A stretch of 64,000 bases of DNA, from the NCBI GenBank assembly GCA_963795855.1, contig CAWCIZ010000001.1:384001-448000 (forward strand), read 5' to 3'. The DNA is from Vulcanimicrobiota bacterium. Its GTDB lineage: Bacteria; Vulcanimicrobiota; Vulcanimicrobiia; Vulcanimicrobiales; Vulcanimicrobiaceae. The notes beneath the pieces were generated by a model. It was not told the origin of the DNA. It worked only from the letters and a program-made list of their open reading frames with translations, and did no database searches. The stretch's first letter is position 1. Every line of letters begins with the position of its first letter. Both the position numbers and the translations under genes were made by a program. Positions 8,356-17,882 of the stretch are shown one piece after another.

Positions 8356-9138
8356 TTGGTACGTGGACTTTATACTGCGGCATCGGGAGCGCTGGTAGCA
8401 CAGTCGCAGGCGGACGTGATCGCCAACAACCTGGCCAACGTAAACACGAGCGGGTTCAAGCGTACGCTGCTGCAGGTGCAGGCCGGCCCGGAGATGGGCA
8501 TTTATCGCCGCCAGACCGATCCCGGCAATCCGCGCGGCACGTCCAGCAGCGATTTCGTCGGCGCGCTCGGTTCCGGTGCGCAAGTGCTGGATACGCCGGC
8601 GGTGTTCGAACAAGGCACGCTCGGCCAAACCGGAAATCCGCTTGACCTTGCGATTCAAGGCAACGCGTTTTTTGCGATTCAAACGCCGCAGGGCGTTCGT
8701 TACACGCGCGACGGACAGTTTTCCGAAGATCCCAACGGCCGTCTCGTTACCATGGACGGCGACGCCGTGCTCGGCGCCAACGGTGCGGTGCAACTGCAGC
8801 CTACCGGCGGAGCCGTGCAGGTCGACGAAAGCGGCCGCATCACGCAGAACGGCCGGCTCGTCGATTCGCTCTCGCTGGTGCAATTCGCGAATCCCGCGCA
8901 AGTGCGCCCCGAAGGCGACAATCGTTTCGTCGCGACGAACGCCGCGCTGCCCGCGGCCGCGACGGCCGGTTCGACGGTTCACCAAGGTTTTCTCGAGCGA
9001 AGCAATGCGAACGTCGTGCGTTCGATGGTCGATTTGATCACGGCGCAGCGCTGGTTCGAAGCAAATCAAAAAGTCATGCAAACACAAGATCAGGCCAACG
9101 GCTGGGCGATCGAAACGGTCGCCAACAGCCAGAAGTAA
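8356..9138 (+). CDS. flgF: Flagellar rod protein FlgF (FlhO-like)
   Basis: TTG start after GGAGG. MVRGLYTAASG..IANNLANVNTSGFK, TGNPLDLAIQG, YTRDGQF and GFLERSNANVV motifs. Confidence 0.88.
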   Translation: MVRGLYTAASGALVAQSQADVIANNLANVNTSGFKRTLLQVQAGPEMGIYRRQTDPGNPRGTSSSDFVGALGSGAQVLDTPAVFEQGTLGQTGNPLDLAIQGNAFFAIQTPQGVRYTRDGQFSEDPNGRLVTMDGDAVLGANGAVQLQPTGGAVQVDESGRITQNGRLVDSLSLVQFANPAQVRPEGDNRFVATNAALPAAATAGSTVHQGFLERSNANVVRSMVDLITAQRWFEANQKVMQTQDQANGWAIETVANSQK

Positions 9139-9156
9139 AGGAGCCCGGACACCGCC

Positions 9157-9945
9157 ATGATGCGAGCACTCTATAGCGCGGCCAGCGGAATGGAAGCGCA
9201 GCAATTCGCGATGGACACCATTTCCAACAACCTGGCGAACGTCAACACGACGGGCTTCCGCCGGAACGAAGCGCGCTTTCAAGACCTGGTTTATCAGGAG
9301 ATGCGCGCACCCGGTTCGCCGGTCGGTGCGAGCGTCGTGCCGGTCGGTCAGGAAGTCGGTTTGGGCGTGAAGGTCGGTTCGTCGGAAAAGATTTTCACCC
9401 AAGGCAACCTGATGCAGACCGACAACCCGCTCGACATGGCCATCCAGGGCGACGGTTTCTTCCAGGTGACGATGCCCGACGGAACGGCCGCGTACACGCG
9501 CGACGGATCGTTCAAGCGCGATGCCAACGGCGCAATCGTTACCGCGGACGGGTACTTTCTGCAGCCGCAAATCACCGTTCCGCAGAACGCGCAGCAACTC
9601 TCGATTGGTGAAGACGGAACGGTATCGGCGCTCGTGCCCGGTTCCGCCGTGCCGCAGCAGCTCGGGCAGATTCAGCTCGCGCGGTTCGTGAATCCCGCCG
9701 GCCTTTCACCGGTCGGCGGTAAGAATCTCTACACGGAAACCGCCGCTTCCGGCGCGCCCGTCGTTTCGCAAGCCGGATTGAACGGCACGGGAACGCTGCA
9801 AGCGGGTTACCTGGAAAACTCCAACGTGCAGGTCGTTCAAGAGATCGTGAACATGATCGTTTCGCAGCGTGCCTTCGAGGCGAATTCGAAGTCGATCACC
9901 GCTGCCGACGAGATGCTGCAGACCGCGAACCAGATTATCCGGTAA
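9157..9945 (+). CDS. flgG: Flagellar distal rod protein FlgG
   Basis: ISNNLANVNTTGF..FQDLVYQ, GLGVK, YTRDGSF, GYLENSNV..QRAFEANSK. Confidence 0.96.
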   Translation: MMRALYSAASGMEAQQFAMDTISNNLANVNTTGFRRNEARFQDLVYQEMRAPGSPVGASVVPVGQEVGLGVKVGSSEKIFTQGNLMQTDNPLDMAIQGDGFFQVTMPDGTAAYTRDGSFKRDANGAIVTADGYFLQPQITVPQNAQQLSIGEDGTVSALVPGSAVPQQLGQIQLARFVNPAGLSPVGGKNLYTETAASGAPVVSQAGLNGTGTLQAGYLENSNVQVVQEIVNMIVSQRAFEANSKSITAADEMLQTANQIIR

Positions 9946-9946
9946 G

Positions 9947-10672
9947 ATGACGCGCCTGCCGATCGCCGCCCTGGCAGTTCTCTCGCTCGCACCGATCGGT
10001 GCGAGTGCTCAGAACTTTGCTGCGCCGGCGCAGACGGTGCAGCACGTGAGCGGCCGCCGCATCGCGCAAGCGGCTTTACGCGAAATCGACACTCTGGCGC
10101 AGGACGCGGATCACCGGTACGTTGCCGTGAGCGCCGTTCCGGACCAAGTCGTAACCGGCGATCGCGTAGCCGTGCACGCTGGAGCGGCTGTCGGGACAGC
10201 GTCGTTCGTGAACGTTCCGGTCGCGATCGACGTCGACGGCAGGCTCGATCGAACGATTTACGTCGGCTATCGCATGCAGCAGTACGTCGAAACGGCGGTT
10301 GCGGCGCACGACCTCGTATCGGGGACCGTCCTTTCGGCCGATGATTTGACTATGGCACGCATCGCCTACACAGGCCGCCCCGGCAACGGCATCGACGCGC
10401 TGGTCGGACGCAAATTGAACGGCACCGTCCTCGAAGGCCAACCGGTAGCGATTGCGGCGACCGCGGTGAACCAAATCGTCAAAGCCGGTGCAACGGTCGT
10501 GCTGGTCGTCAAAGATTCGGGCGTTCAAGTGACCGCGGACGTCATCGCGCGCACGAGCGGCGGCCTGGGCGATGAGGTTTCGGTTTACAATCCGTCGACC
10601 AACAAAGCGCTTTCCGGCACCGTCACCGCGCCCGGCACCGTCGAACTCGACATTTCGGGAGGCGATGAATAA
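9947..10672 (+). CDS. flgA: P-ring formation chaperone FlgA
   Basis: Signal peptide, SAF-like domain, C-terminal 'GGLGDEVSVYNPSTNKALSG'; lies between flgG and flgH. Confidence 0.85.
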   Translation: MTRLPIAALAVLSLAPIGASAQNFAAPAQTVQHVSGRRIAQAALREIDTLAQDADHRYVAVSAVPDQVVTGDRVAVHAGAAVGTASFVNVPVAIDVDGRLDRTIYVGYRMQQYVETAVAAHDLVSGTVLSADDLTMARIAYTGRPGNGIDALVGRKLNGTVLEGQPVAIAATAVNQIVKAGATVVLVVKDSGVQVTADVIARTSGGLGDEVSVYNPSTNKALSGTVTAPGTVELDISGGDE

Positions 10673-11296
10673 ATGCGTCACGGCTTTGTGAAAGGCGTTG
10701 CGGTTTGCATAGCGCTGGCGCTCCTGCCCGCGGCGGCATTCGCGGACACGCTCTACGTCGCTCCGCCGCCGGCGGTCGGACCAGGCCACCCGCTGCGGCT
10801 CGGACCCGATCATCGGGCCGGGCAAATCGGCGATCTGCTGCACATTCAATTCAATTTCACGGTGCAAAGCAATAGCAGCGACGTTTCGGCCGACAGCAAA
10901 CAGTTCAATCTGGGATCGTCGAGCGGCTCGACGAGTTCGAGCAGCGGTATTCGGCTTCTCGGCGGCCTGATCAACGTGCCGACCTCGCTGGGCGGGAATA
11001 CCGGCACGCAGAGCTCCCGCACGGAAACCGGCGTCACGTCGTTCGTCAGCGACATGATGGCGACGGTCGTGAACGTCCTGCCGAGCGGCGTGCTGCAGAT
11101 CGCCGGCGATCAGCGCATGCTCGTCAACGGCGAAACGCAGACACTGCATATTACCGGATTCGTTCGGCCGGAAGACATCGACAGCAGCGACACGGTGCTC
11201 TCTTCGCGCGTCGCGGACGTCGAGGGCAGCTTCAACGGCAACTTCCAAGAGAAGCACGTCGGCATCCTCCGGCGCGTTCTCGGCTGGCTGTTCTAA
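10673..11296 (+). CDS. flgH: Flagellar L-ring protein FlgH
   Basis: DHRAGQIGDLL, VVNVLPSG, ITGFVRPEDI..VLSSRVAD. Confidence 0.92.
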   Translation: MRHGFVKGVAVCIALALLPAAAFADTLYVAPPPAVGPGHPLRLGPDHRAGQIGDLLHIQFNFTVQSNSSDVSADSKQFNLGSSSGSTSSSSGIRLLGGLINVPTSLGGNTGTQSSRTETGVTSFVSDMMATVVNVLPSGVLQIAGDQRMLVNGETQTLHITGFVRPEDIDSSDTVLSSRVADVEGSFNGNFQEKHVGILRRVLGWLF

Positions 11297-11298
11297 GG

Positions 11299-12423
11299 AT
11301 GACGATGAAGAATCTCCGGCGCTCGACCGTTCTCGCGCTGTCAACCTGCCTGCTGGTCAACGCGTTTGCCGCGATGCCGGCGCGGGCGACGAGCGTGTTC
11401 GTCAAAGACGTCGCGCACGTGCAGGGCGTAACCGGTAATCAACTGGTCGGCTACGGCATCGTCACGGGCTTGAACGGGACGGGCGATTCGACGTCGGTGA
11501 TCTTCACCAGCCAGACCATTCAAAACGTGCTGCAGTCCTTCGGTGTTTCGACCACGAGCAACGAAGTGCGCACGCGCGACGTCGCCGCCGTAATGGTTAC
11601 GGCGACACTGCCGGCGTTCGCGCATTCGGGCGACAACGTCGACGTAACGGTTTCGGCGATGGGCGATTCGAGCAGTCTGCAAGGCGGAACGCTGATTCTG
11701 ACCGAGTTGAAAGCGGCAAACGCTCTGGTCTACGCGACCGCTCAAGGGCCAATCTCGATCGGCGGCTTCACCGCCGGTTACGACGCAACCAGCACGACGA
11801 AGAACCATCCCACGGCGGGACGCATTCCGAACGGGGCCGTCATCGCGCGCGATATGATCACGCCGATCCAAAACGGCGACGGGTTCAACTACGTCGTCAC
11901 GACTCCGGACTTCAAGACCGCCGCGAATCTGGCTAGCGCGCTAAACCGCCGTTTCGGCGGCGGCACCGCGGGCGCGCTCGATGCGGAGACCGTACACGTC
12001 ACGCTTCCGCCCGCGTATCACAACAATCCGGTGCAGTTTCTGGCCGACGCAAGCGACGTCTCACTCGTGCAGGACGAACTCGCCAAGGTCATCATGAACG
12101 AGCGTACCGGGACCATCGTCTTTGGCGGCGACATCAAACTCGCGCCCTGCGCGATTGCGCACGGCAACCTCTCGATCACGATAACGCAGGAGCAGAAGTA
12201 CGTTCCTTCGCCGTTCAGCACGAACGGCGGCGGACTGCAAACGAATACGCGCGTGACCGCACAAGAGGAGAAGCGGCGGCTCACGTTCATCTCGGGGGCA
12301 GCAACGCTCTCGTCCGTCGTGCGCGCGCTCAACACGATGGGCGTCTCGCCGCGCGACCTCATCGCCATCGTGCAGGCGCTGCGCCAAGCCGGCGCGCTGC
12401 AGGCCGATTTGGAGATTCAGTAG
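11299..12423 (+). CDS. flgI: Flagellar P-ring protein FlgI
   Basis: NQLVGYGIVTGLNGTGD, AAVMVTATLP, NERTGTIV, ALRQAGALQADL. Confidence 0.97.
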   Translation: MTMKNLRRSTVLALSTCLLVNAFAAMPARATSVFVKDVAHVQGVTGNQLVGYGIVTGLNGTGDSTSVIFTSQTIQNVLQSFGVSTTSNEVRTRDVAAVMVTATLPAFAHSGDNVDVTVSAMGDSSSLQGGTLILTELKAANALVYATAQGPISIGGFTAGYDATSTTKNHPTAGRIPNGAVIARDMITPIQNGDGFNYVVTTPDFKTAANLASALNRRFGGGTAGALDAETVHVTLPPAYHNNPVQFLADASDVSLVQDELAKVIMNERTGTIVFGGDIKLAPCAIAHGNLSITITQEQKYVPSPFSTNGGGLQTNTRVTAQEEKRRLTFISGAATLSSVVRALNTMGVSPRDLIAIVQALRQAGALQADLEIQ

Positions 12424-12758
12424 TGGACGGCGCAAAGACCGCAGCGGTCACCTACACGCCGGCGCAGCAGCAAGCGCTGCAGCATCTGCACACGGCGGCG
12501 ACGCAGCTGGAAGGCGTCTTCATGGACATGCTCTTCAGCGCGATGCGCGAGACGGTTCCGCAGCAATCCATCTTCGGCAAGGAGTCGAGCGCCGAGCAAA
12601 CGTTTCAAACGATGCTCGACGAGCAGCGCTCGCAGCAGATGGCGCAGACCGGTTCCATCGGTATCGCGAAGGTGCTCGAGGAGCAATTGAAGCAAAGCGT
12701 GCTCGCCGATGCGGGCCGCGAAGCCAAATCACAAGTGCCGCGGGAGTTGGAGCCGTGA
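12423..12758 (+). CDS. flgJ: Short FlgJ (rod-binding domain only)
   Basis: AATQLEGVFMDMLFSAMRETV..FQTMLDEQ..GIAKVL; no muramidase domain. Confidence 0.85.
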   Translation: MDGAKTAAVTYTPAQQQALQHLHTAATQLEGVFMDMLFSAMRETVPQQSIFGKESSAEQTFQTMLDEQRSQQMAQTGSIGIAKVLEEQLKQSVLADAGREAKSQVPRELEP

Positions 12759-13264
12759 TAGCCGCCGCACCGAAAACCGCGCCGAAATCCGATTCGTGGG
12801 AAGCCTTCGGCACTGCGCTGCACGAGGAATCCGCAGCGCTGCAGCGTCTCAACGCCGCCGCCGTGCACCTCACGCAAATACTGGTTGACGGATCGCCCGA
12901 TGCTATTCTGGAATCGGATCGCGCGCTCAACGCGGCGCGCGTCGTGCACCAAACCGCTTGCGGCAAACGCCGCGGCATGCAGGCGCGCGGCTTCGGCGCG
13001 ATGACGCTCGAGCAAGTCTGCCGGTACGCGCCGCGCCACATCTCGCCGTATCTGCACAAGACGCTCGCCGAGATCACGTACGGATCGATTTCTCTGGGCA
13101 TAACGATTTCGAACAACAAGTCCCTAATTGTAGCCGGCCTGCAGCGACTCGTCGACGTGACGCACAAACTGCAGGAGCATGCGACGGAGCGCACCGGCAT
13201 TTACAAGCGCCGAGGTTACGTCGCACCTCCCGGCGCCAGCGTTCTAGTGAGCAGCAAAGTATGA
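12755..13264 (+). CDS. FlgN-like export chaperone / hypothetical protein
   Basis: 169-aa helical protein directly upstream of flgK; called mainly from synteny. Confidence 0.55.
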   Translation: MIAAAPKTAPKSDSWEAFGTALHEESAALQRLNAAAVHLTQILVDGSPDAILESDRALNAARVVHQTACGKRRGMQARGFGAMTLEQVCRYAPRHISPYLHKTLAEITYGSISLGITISNNKSLIVAGLQRLVDVTHKLQEHATERTGIYKRRGYVAPPGASVLVSSKV

Positions 13265-13526
13265 AAATGGAATTTCAGCCACGACGGTGCACGCGCCGCG
13301 TCTTGGGGGCCCCACTTTGTGGGGGGCGGCGGAGCCAGGCGGAGCGCCTTTCAAACTCCCGGCGCCAGCGTTCTAGTGAGCCGCAAAGTATGAAAATGGA
13401 ATTTCAGCTGGAGCGCCCTTCACGGCGCCCTCGGGGAGAGTCTGAACCGGCACGACGGTGCACGCGCCGCGTCCTGGGGGCCCCACTTTGTGGGGGGCGG
13501 CGGAGTCAGGCGGAGCGCCTTTCAAA
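13227..13526. repeat. Two-unit tandem repeat containing a palindromic REP/MITE-like element
   Basis: Unit 1 is 13227-13355 (129 bp); unit 2 is 13356-13526 (171 bp, with an extra 42 bp at 13409-13450). Both contain a ccccac-ttt-gtgggg hairpin. Confidence 0.9.
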
Positions 13527-15666
13527 ATGAGTGGGTTAGGCAGTTTCTTCGGCCTCGGCGTGCTGGGCAACGCGCTCGACACCTTCCAAAACGCGGCGGA
13601 CGTCACGTCCGACAACATCGCCAACGTGAACACACCCGGTGCATCGCGGCAGGTGGTGAACATTCAGCAGGTGGATCCGGTCGCGGGCTCGCCGTTCGCC
13701 GACGCGCATTTCGCGGGAACGTTCGGCAACGGCTCGATGGTCGCAAGCGTTCAGCGCATCCACGACGATTCGTACGACTCGCTGTTCCGCGGCGCGTCCG
13801 GCTCGCAGAACTACTATTCGATCGAGCAGAATCAGACTGCAGGCGCTGCAGGCGACGCTCGGAGAGCCGAACAACGGCATCAACTCATACTTCACGGCGT
13901 TTCAAAGCGCGGTCGGCCAGCTCGTCGATCAGGTCGGCACCGGTTCGACCAGTTCGCGCGCGAACGTGCTCTCGGCGGCGCAAGCGCTGACGCAGGCGCT
14001 CAATGCGGGTGCGAGCGCGATCGCTCAGCAGAAGAGCCAGGTCGTGCAGCAGGCCGGATCGGCGGTTGCGGCCGTCAACGGGATTCTCGACAAAATCGCG
14101 TCGCTGAACGGTCAGATCCGCGCATCGACGGCGGTCGGCGACAATCCGAACACGTATAAAGACGAGCGCGATCAACTGATCGATCAACTCTCACAGTATA
14201 TTTCGACGCAAACTTCGGTTCAGCCCGACGGTTCGACGCTCGTGACCGTGAACGGACAAGCCCTGGTCAACGACAACGTCGCGTACCATTTGTCGCAGCC
14301 CGTCGTCGGCGTTGCCTCGAACGGCGCGCCCACGTTCAAAATCGATTTCGCGACCACGCCGCCGGCGTCGCTCAGCGCGCCCGGCATTCCGCTCGGCAGC
14401 GGCCAGCTCGCCGCGTTCGCGGATCTGTACAACAACAAGTTGACCGCTTATGGACAGCAGCTCGACGACTTTGCTTCAGCGACGGCGAACGAGGTCAACC
14501 GCATTACGCAAGCGTCCTACGACCAGAACGGCGTCGCGGGAACGGCGCTGTTTCAGCCCATCGTTTCCTCCTTGCCGATCTCGGCGGGCAACATCAAGGT
14601 CGGCATCAGCAATCCGTCGCAGCTTCCCGCCGCTCTGGCTTCCACCGCGGCCGGTTCGCTCGTCACGAATTTGAACTCGGCCAACAACCTGGTCGACACA
14701 TCGGCAGCGATGAACGGCAGCGGCGCCCTCGCGAATCCGCCGGCCGCCGGCGGCATCAGCGGAACGCTCACTGTGACGGTGGACGGCGTTGCGCAAGCCT
14801 TCACGTACGATACGAACACGACCGATACGTCGATCGACGCGTTCATCAGCCATTTCAACAGCCAGCACTTCGGCGTGACCGCCTCCTTCGACGCGTCGGG
14901 CCAGCGGATCGTGTTCACGCGCGATCCGATGAACGCGGACTTGGTGCATCGCGCGGCGCAAGGCGCGACGCCGACCGATCCCACGTTCACGATAAGCGAC
15001 AGCAACAATCCGGCCGTTGCGGGTTCTTCGCTGCTCGGCGCGCTCGGCGCCGGCGCGATTCAAGGCGTCACGCAAAACAGCGGCAACGCATTCGGCGCGA
15101 ACGACAACGGCGGTGCAAACGCGCTGATGACCATGTTCGCGGCAGACGTCGGCGTGCCGGCGCTGCAAACCGCCAGCGCCGCAGCGATCGCCGCCGGCCC
15201 GCAAACCGTCGCTTTGCCTGCGGGCGTCACGAACGTTCAGGTGGGTGACGTGCTGACGGTCGACGCGACCGTTGGCGGCGGCGCGCCGCAGGAGAACGTC
15301 GTCGTCTCTGCAGTGAGTTTCAATCCCGCGACCGGCGTCGAGTCGTTCACCGCGACGTTCAAAAACGCGCACGCGGCGGGAGCGTCGATTACGTCGGCCC
15401 AAACGCAAACGCTCAGCCAGTACTACGGGCAAACGGTTTCGCAGATGGGCGTCGACACCCAGACGGCGATCACCGGCACCGCTTCGCAGACCACCCTCTC
15501 CAGCAACATCGACAAAGTGCGGCAAAGCGTCGACGGGATCAACATCGACGAAGAGACGCAGAACCTCATCAAGTTCCAAAACGCGTATCAGGCCACTGCC
15601 CGCACCATCAACGTGCTGGACTCGATGCTCAGCACCGTCATCAACTCCCTCGGCGCCGGACATTAG
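13527..15666 (+). CDS. flgK: Hook-associated protein FlgK (one extra base near 13836)
   Basis: TSDNIANVNTPGASRQ, DERDQLIDQLS, GINIDEETQNLIKFQNAYQA. Removing A13836 joins the two frames. Confidence 0.92.
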
Positions 15667-15684
15667 CAAGGAGGCTGAATCCAC

Positions 15685-16980
15685 ATGCGCATCGCGACAT
15701 CGACCATCTACGACTCGCAATCGAACTCGATCGACAATCTGGTATCGCAGCAGCAGCAGCTCGGTCAGACGTTGTCGTCCGGCAAGCAGATCAATGCGCC
15801 CTCGGACGATCCGACGCAGATCGCGGAAGATCTGGCGGTCCGCACCGCCATAGCGCAAGAAACGCAAGGTTCGACGAACATTCAAAACGCGACGTCGCAA
15901 CTGACGACGGTCGACGGCGCGCTTTCGAACCTCACGAACATTCTCCAAAGCGCGCGTTCGATCGCCGTTCAAGCCGGCTCGGGTTTCACGAATTCGACGC
16001 AGCAGGAAGCTTTGGCGTCGCAAGTCGACGGTCTGCTGCAGGAAGCGATCGGCGTCGCGAACACCAAGTATGCCGGTAAATTCGTATTCGCGGGCACCGC
16101 GGGACCGTACACCCCGCCGGTAACCGCGAACGGTCAGCCGATTTCGAGCGTGACGTTCAACGGCAATTCCGGCGGCCAAACCGAGCAGATGTACAACGGC
16201 GAAGCCGTCAGCACCGGCGTGACGCTGCAGCAAGCCTTCAATTACGGTTCTCCCAACGGCTCTCCGGACGTTTTCCAGACACTCATCACGCTGCGGAACA
16301 CGATCGAAAAGGGAACGGTCGTTTCCGCCAGCGCGAGCGGCGTGAACAGCGCGAATACTGCGCTGACGGCGGCGAGCCCGATCAACGCGGCCGGCGTGCT
16401 TTCGACTGCGCTCGCACCGGATGCGAGCGGTAACGTCAACGTCGTCATTACTTCGTCGAAGACGGGCGCCGCGGGCGTTACGGTAACGATTCCGGCAGGC
16501 TCGTCGATGACGGCAGTGCTCGCGGCGATCAACGGCGCGAGCGGCGCGACCGGTATTACCGCCGGTTTCGATTATCAGCAGCAACGGCTCAGCCTCACGT
16601 CGTCGACCGGTGCGTTTCAAATCGCGGATTCGCCGACGACGCCGGGAACCGCCGCTGGCAATTTCGTCGAAGCGTTCGGCCTGCAATCGCAAGCCAACCT
16701 CGTTTCGAACGTTTCTCGGCAACTCGGCGACGTCGACAACGTGATGCAGACGCTGCTCACCACGCGCGCGACGGTCGGCGCGAACATTCAAACGCTCTCG
16801 GCTCTCGGCACGGCGACCGATTCACAGGCAGTTAACGATACCAAGGTGCAGTCGGGCATCGAGGATGCCGATATTGCAAAAGTAATCTCGCAGTTCTCGC
16901 AGACGCAAACCGCCCTGCAGGCCGCGTACGGCACCACAACGCGCTTGGAGAGCAAGACGCTCTTCGACTACTTACAGTAA
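15685..16980 (+). CDS. flgL: Hook-associated protein FlgL
   Basis: MRIAT..LSSGKQINAPSDDP, GKFVFAG, C-terminal ALQAAY..TLFDYL. Confidence 0.93.
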   Translation: MRIATSTIYDSQSNSIDNLVSQQQQLGQTLSSGKQINAPSDDPTQIAEDLAVRTAIAQETQGSTNIQNATSQLTTVDGALSNLTNILQSARSIAVQAGSGFTNSTQQEALASQVDGLLQEAIGVANTKYAGKFVFAGTAGPYTPPVTANGQPISSVTFNGNSGGQTEQMYNGEAVSTGVTLQQAFNYGSPNGSPDVFQTLITLRNTIEKGTVVSASASGVNSANTALTAASPINAAGVLSTALAPDASGNVNVVITSSKTGAAGVTVTIPAGSSMTAVLAAINGASGATGITAGFDYQQQRLSLTSSTGAFQIADSPTTPGTAAGNFVEAFGLQSQANLVSNVSRQLGDVDNVMQTLLTTRATVGANIQTLSALGTATDSQAVNDTKVQSGIEDADIAKVISQFSQTQTALQAAYGTTTRLESKTLFDYLQ

Positions 16981-16996
16981 AGGGAACCGCAGGAGG

Positions 16997-17485
16997 ATGG
17001 AAAGCACGATGGAGTCCACGCAGACGATGACGGTCGTCACGAACCGCTTCGGAAAAGTGACGTTCACCGAATCGGACGTGTTCGTGTTTCCGTGGGGTCT
17101 GCCGGGCTTTTCGGACCTGCGCCGTTTTCTCGCGCTCTCGCTTGCCGAACAGCCCAATTTCGTGTGGCTCCAGTCGCTCGAGGATCCCAACATCGCTCTT
17201 CCCGCGGCGGATCCGTGGCAGCTCTTTCCGGACTATGAGCCGCGAATGCCGTCCTACGCGACCGAAGCGCTCGAACTGCACAGCGCCGAGGACTTCACGA
17301 TCCTTTGCATCGTGGTGGTGACCAAAGACGCCGAAGAGATGACGATGAACCTGATGGCGCCGGTCGTGCTGAATCTGAAGACGCGCCGCGCCCGTCAGGT
17401 GATGCTGGAAAATTCCGCCTATTCGGTCCGGACCGCTCTTCCCCGAAAGCCCGTGGAGGCACAAGGCACCGCCCAGCCGGCGTAG
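16997..17485 (+). CDS. fliW: Flagellar assembly factor FliW (CsrA antagonist)
   Basis: TNRFG..FPWGLPGF, WLQS, TMNLMAPVVLN..ARQV; next to csrA and flagellin. Confidence 0.95.
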   Translation: MESTMESTQTMTVVTNRFGKVTFTESDVFVFPWGLPGFSDLRRFLALSLAEQPNFVWLQSLEDPNIALPAADPWQLFPDYEPRMPSYATEALELHSAEDFTILCIVVVTKDAEEMTMNLMAPVVLNLKTRRARQVMLENSAYSVRTALPRKPVEAQGTAQPA

Positions 17486-17515
17486 AAACCAGCAAAAAAG
17501 CCAAGGAGGGCGCAT

Positions 17516-17788
17516 ATGCTAGTCCTGAGCCGGAAAGTCAACCAGTCCATCATGGTGGGCGACAACGTCCGCGTGGTGGTCGTCGCTGTCGACCGCGACC
17601 AGGTCAAACTGGGCATCGAGGCGCCGCGTGAAATCGCGGTCCACCGGTCGGAAATCTACGAAGAGATTCAGCGCACCAACCGTTCCGCCGCAGCCGGTGA
17701 AGCGCCGTCCGCCGCGTCGGGTCCGGTCGTGACGCGCGCCACGCTGCAGCCCCGAAAAAAATCTTCCAAACCGGCAAAGAACCGCTAA
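17516..17788 (+). CDS. csrA: Carbon storage regulator CsrA with C-terminal extension
   Basis: MLVLSRKVNQSIMVGD..VKLGIEAPREIAVHRSEIY; Asn55 present. Confidence 0.97.
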   Translation: MLVLSRKVNQSIMVGDNVRVVVVAVDRDQVKLGIEAPREIAVHRSEIYEEIQRTNRSAAAGEAPSAASGPVVTRATLQPRKKSSKPAKNR

Positions 17789-17812
17789 ACTCGCACACCC
17801 TGCGACCGATAT
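17786..17812 (+). promoter_or_regulatory. Sigma28-type promoter for flagellin
   Basis: TAAA-N15-ACCGATAT. Confidence 0.85.
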
Positions 17813-17822
17813 ACAGATGGAA

Positions 17823-17880
17823 GGGGACAGGACGTCTCCCTCGACTAGTCATTAGCACACGCGTGTTAATCATGGAGGAA
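17823..17880 (+). promoter_or_regulatory. CsrA-binding sites in the flagellin 5' leader
   Basis: Hairpin ggggac-AGGAC-gtctcc (17823-17839) plus ATGGAGG overlapping the Shine-Dalgarno; same two-site layout as B. subtilis hag. Confidence 0.7.
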
Positions 17881-17882
17881 AC

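Noticed and set aside
13227..13526. CRISPR array
   Set aside because: There are only two long units, no unique spacers of regular length, and no cas genes.
14476..16791. Long antisense or alternative-frame ORFs (for example 14476-16791, 17971-19695, 58840-60825, 52340-53900)
   Set aside because: These are Arg/Ala-rich shadow frames expected in high-GC coding DNA that overlap well-supported genes.
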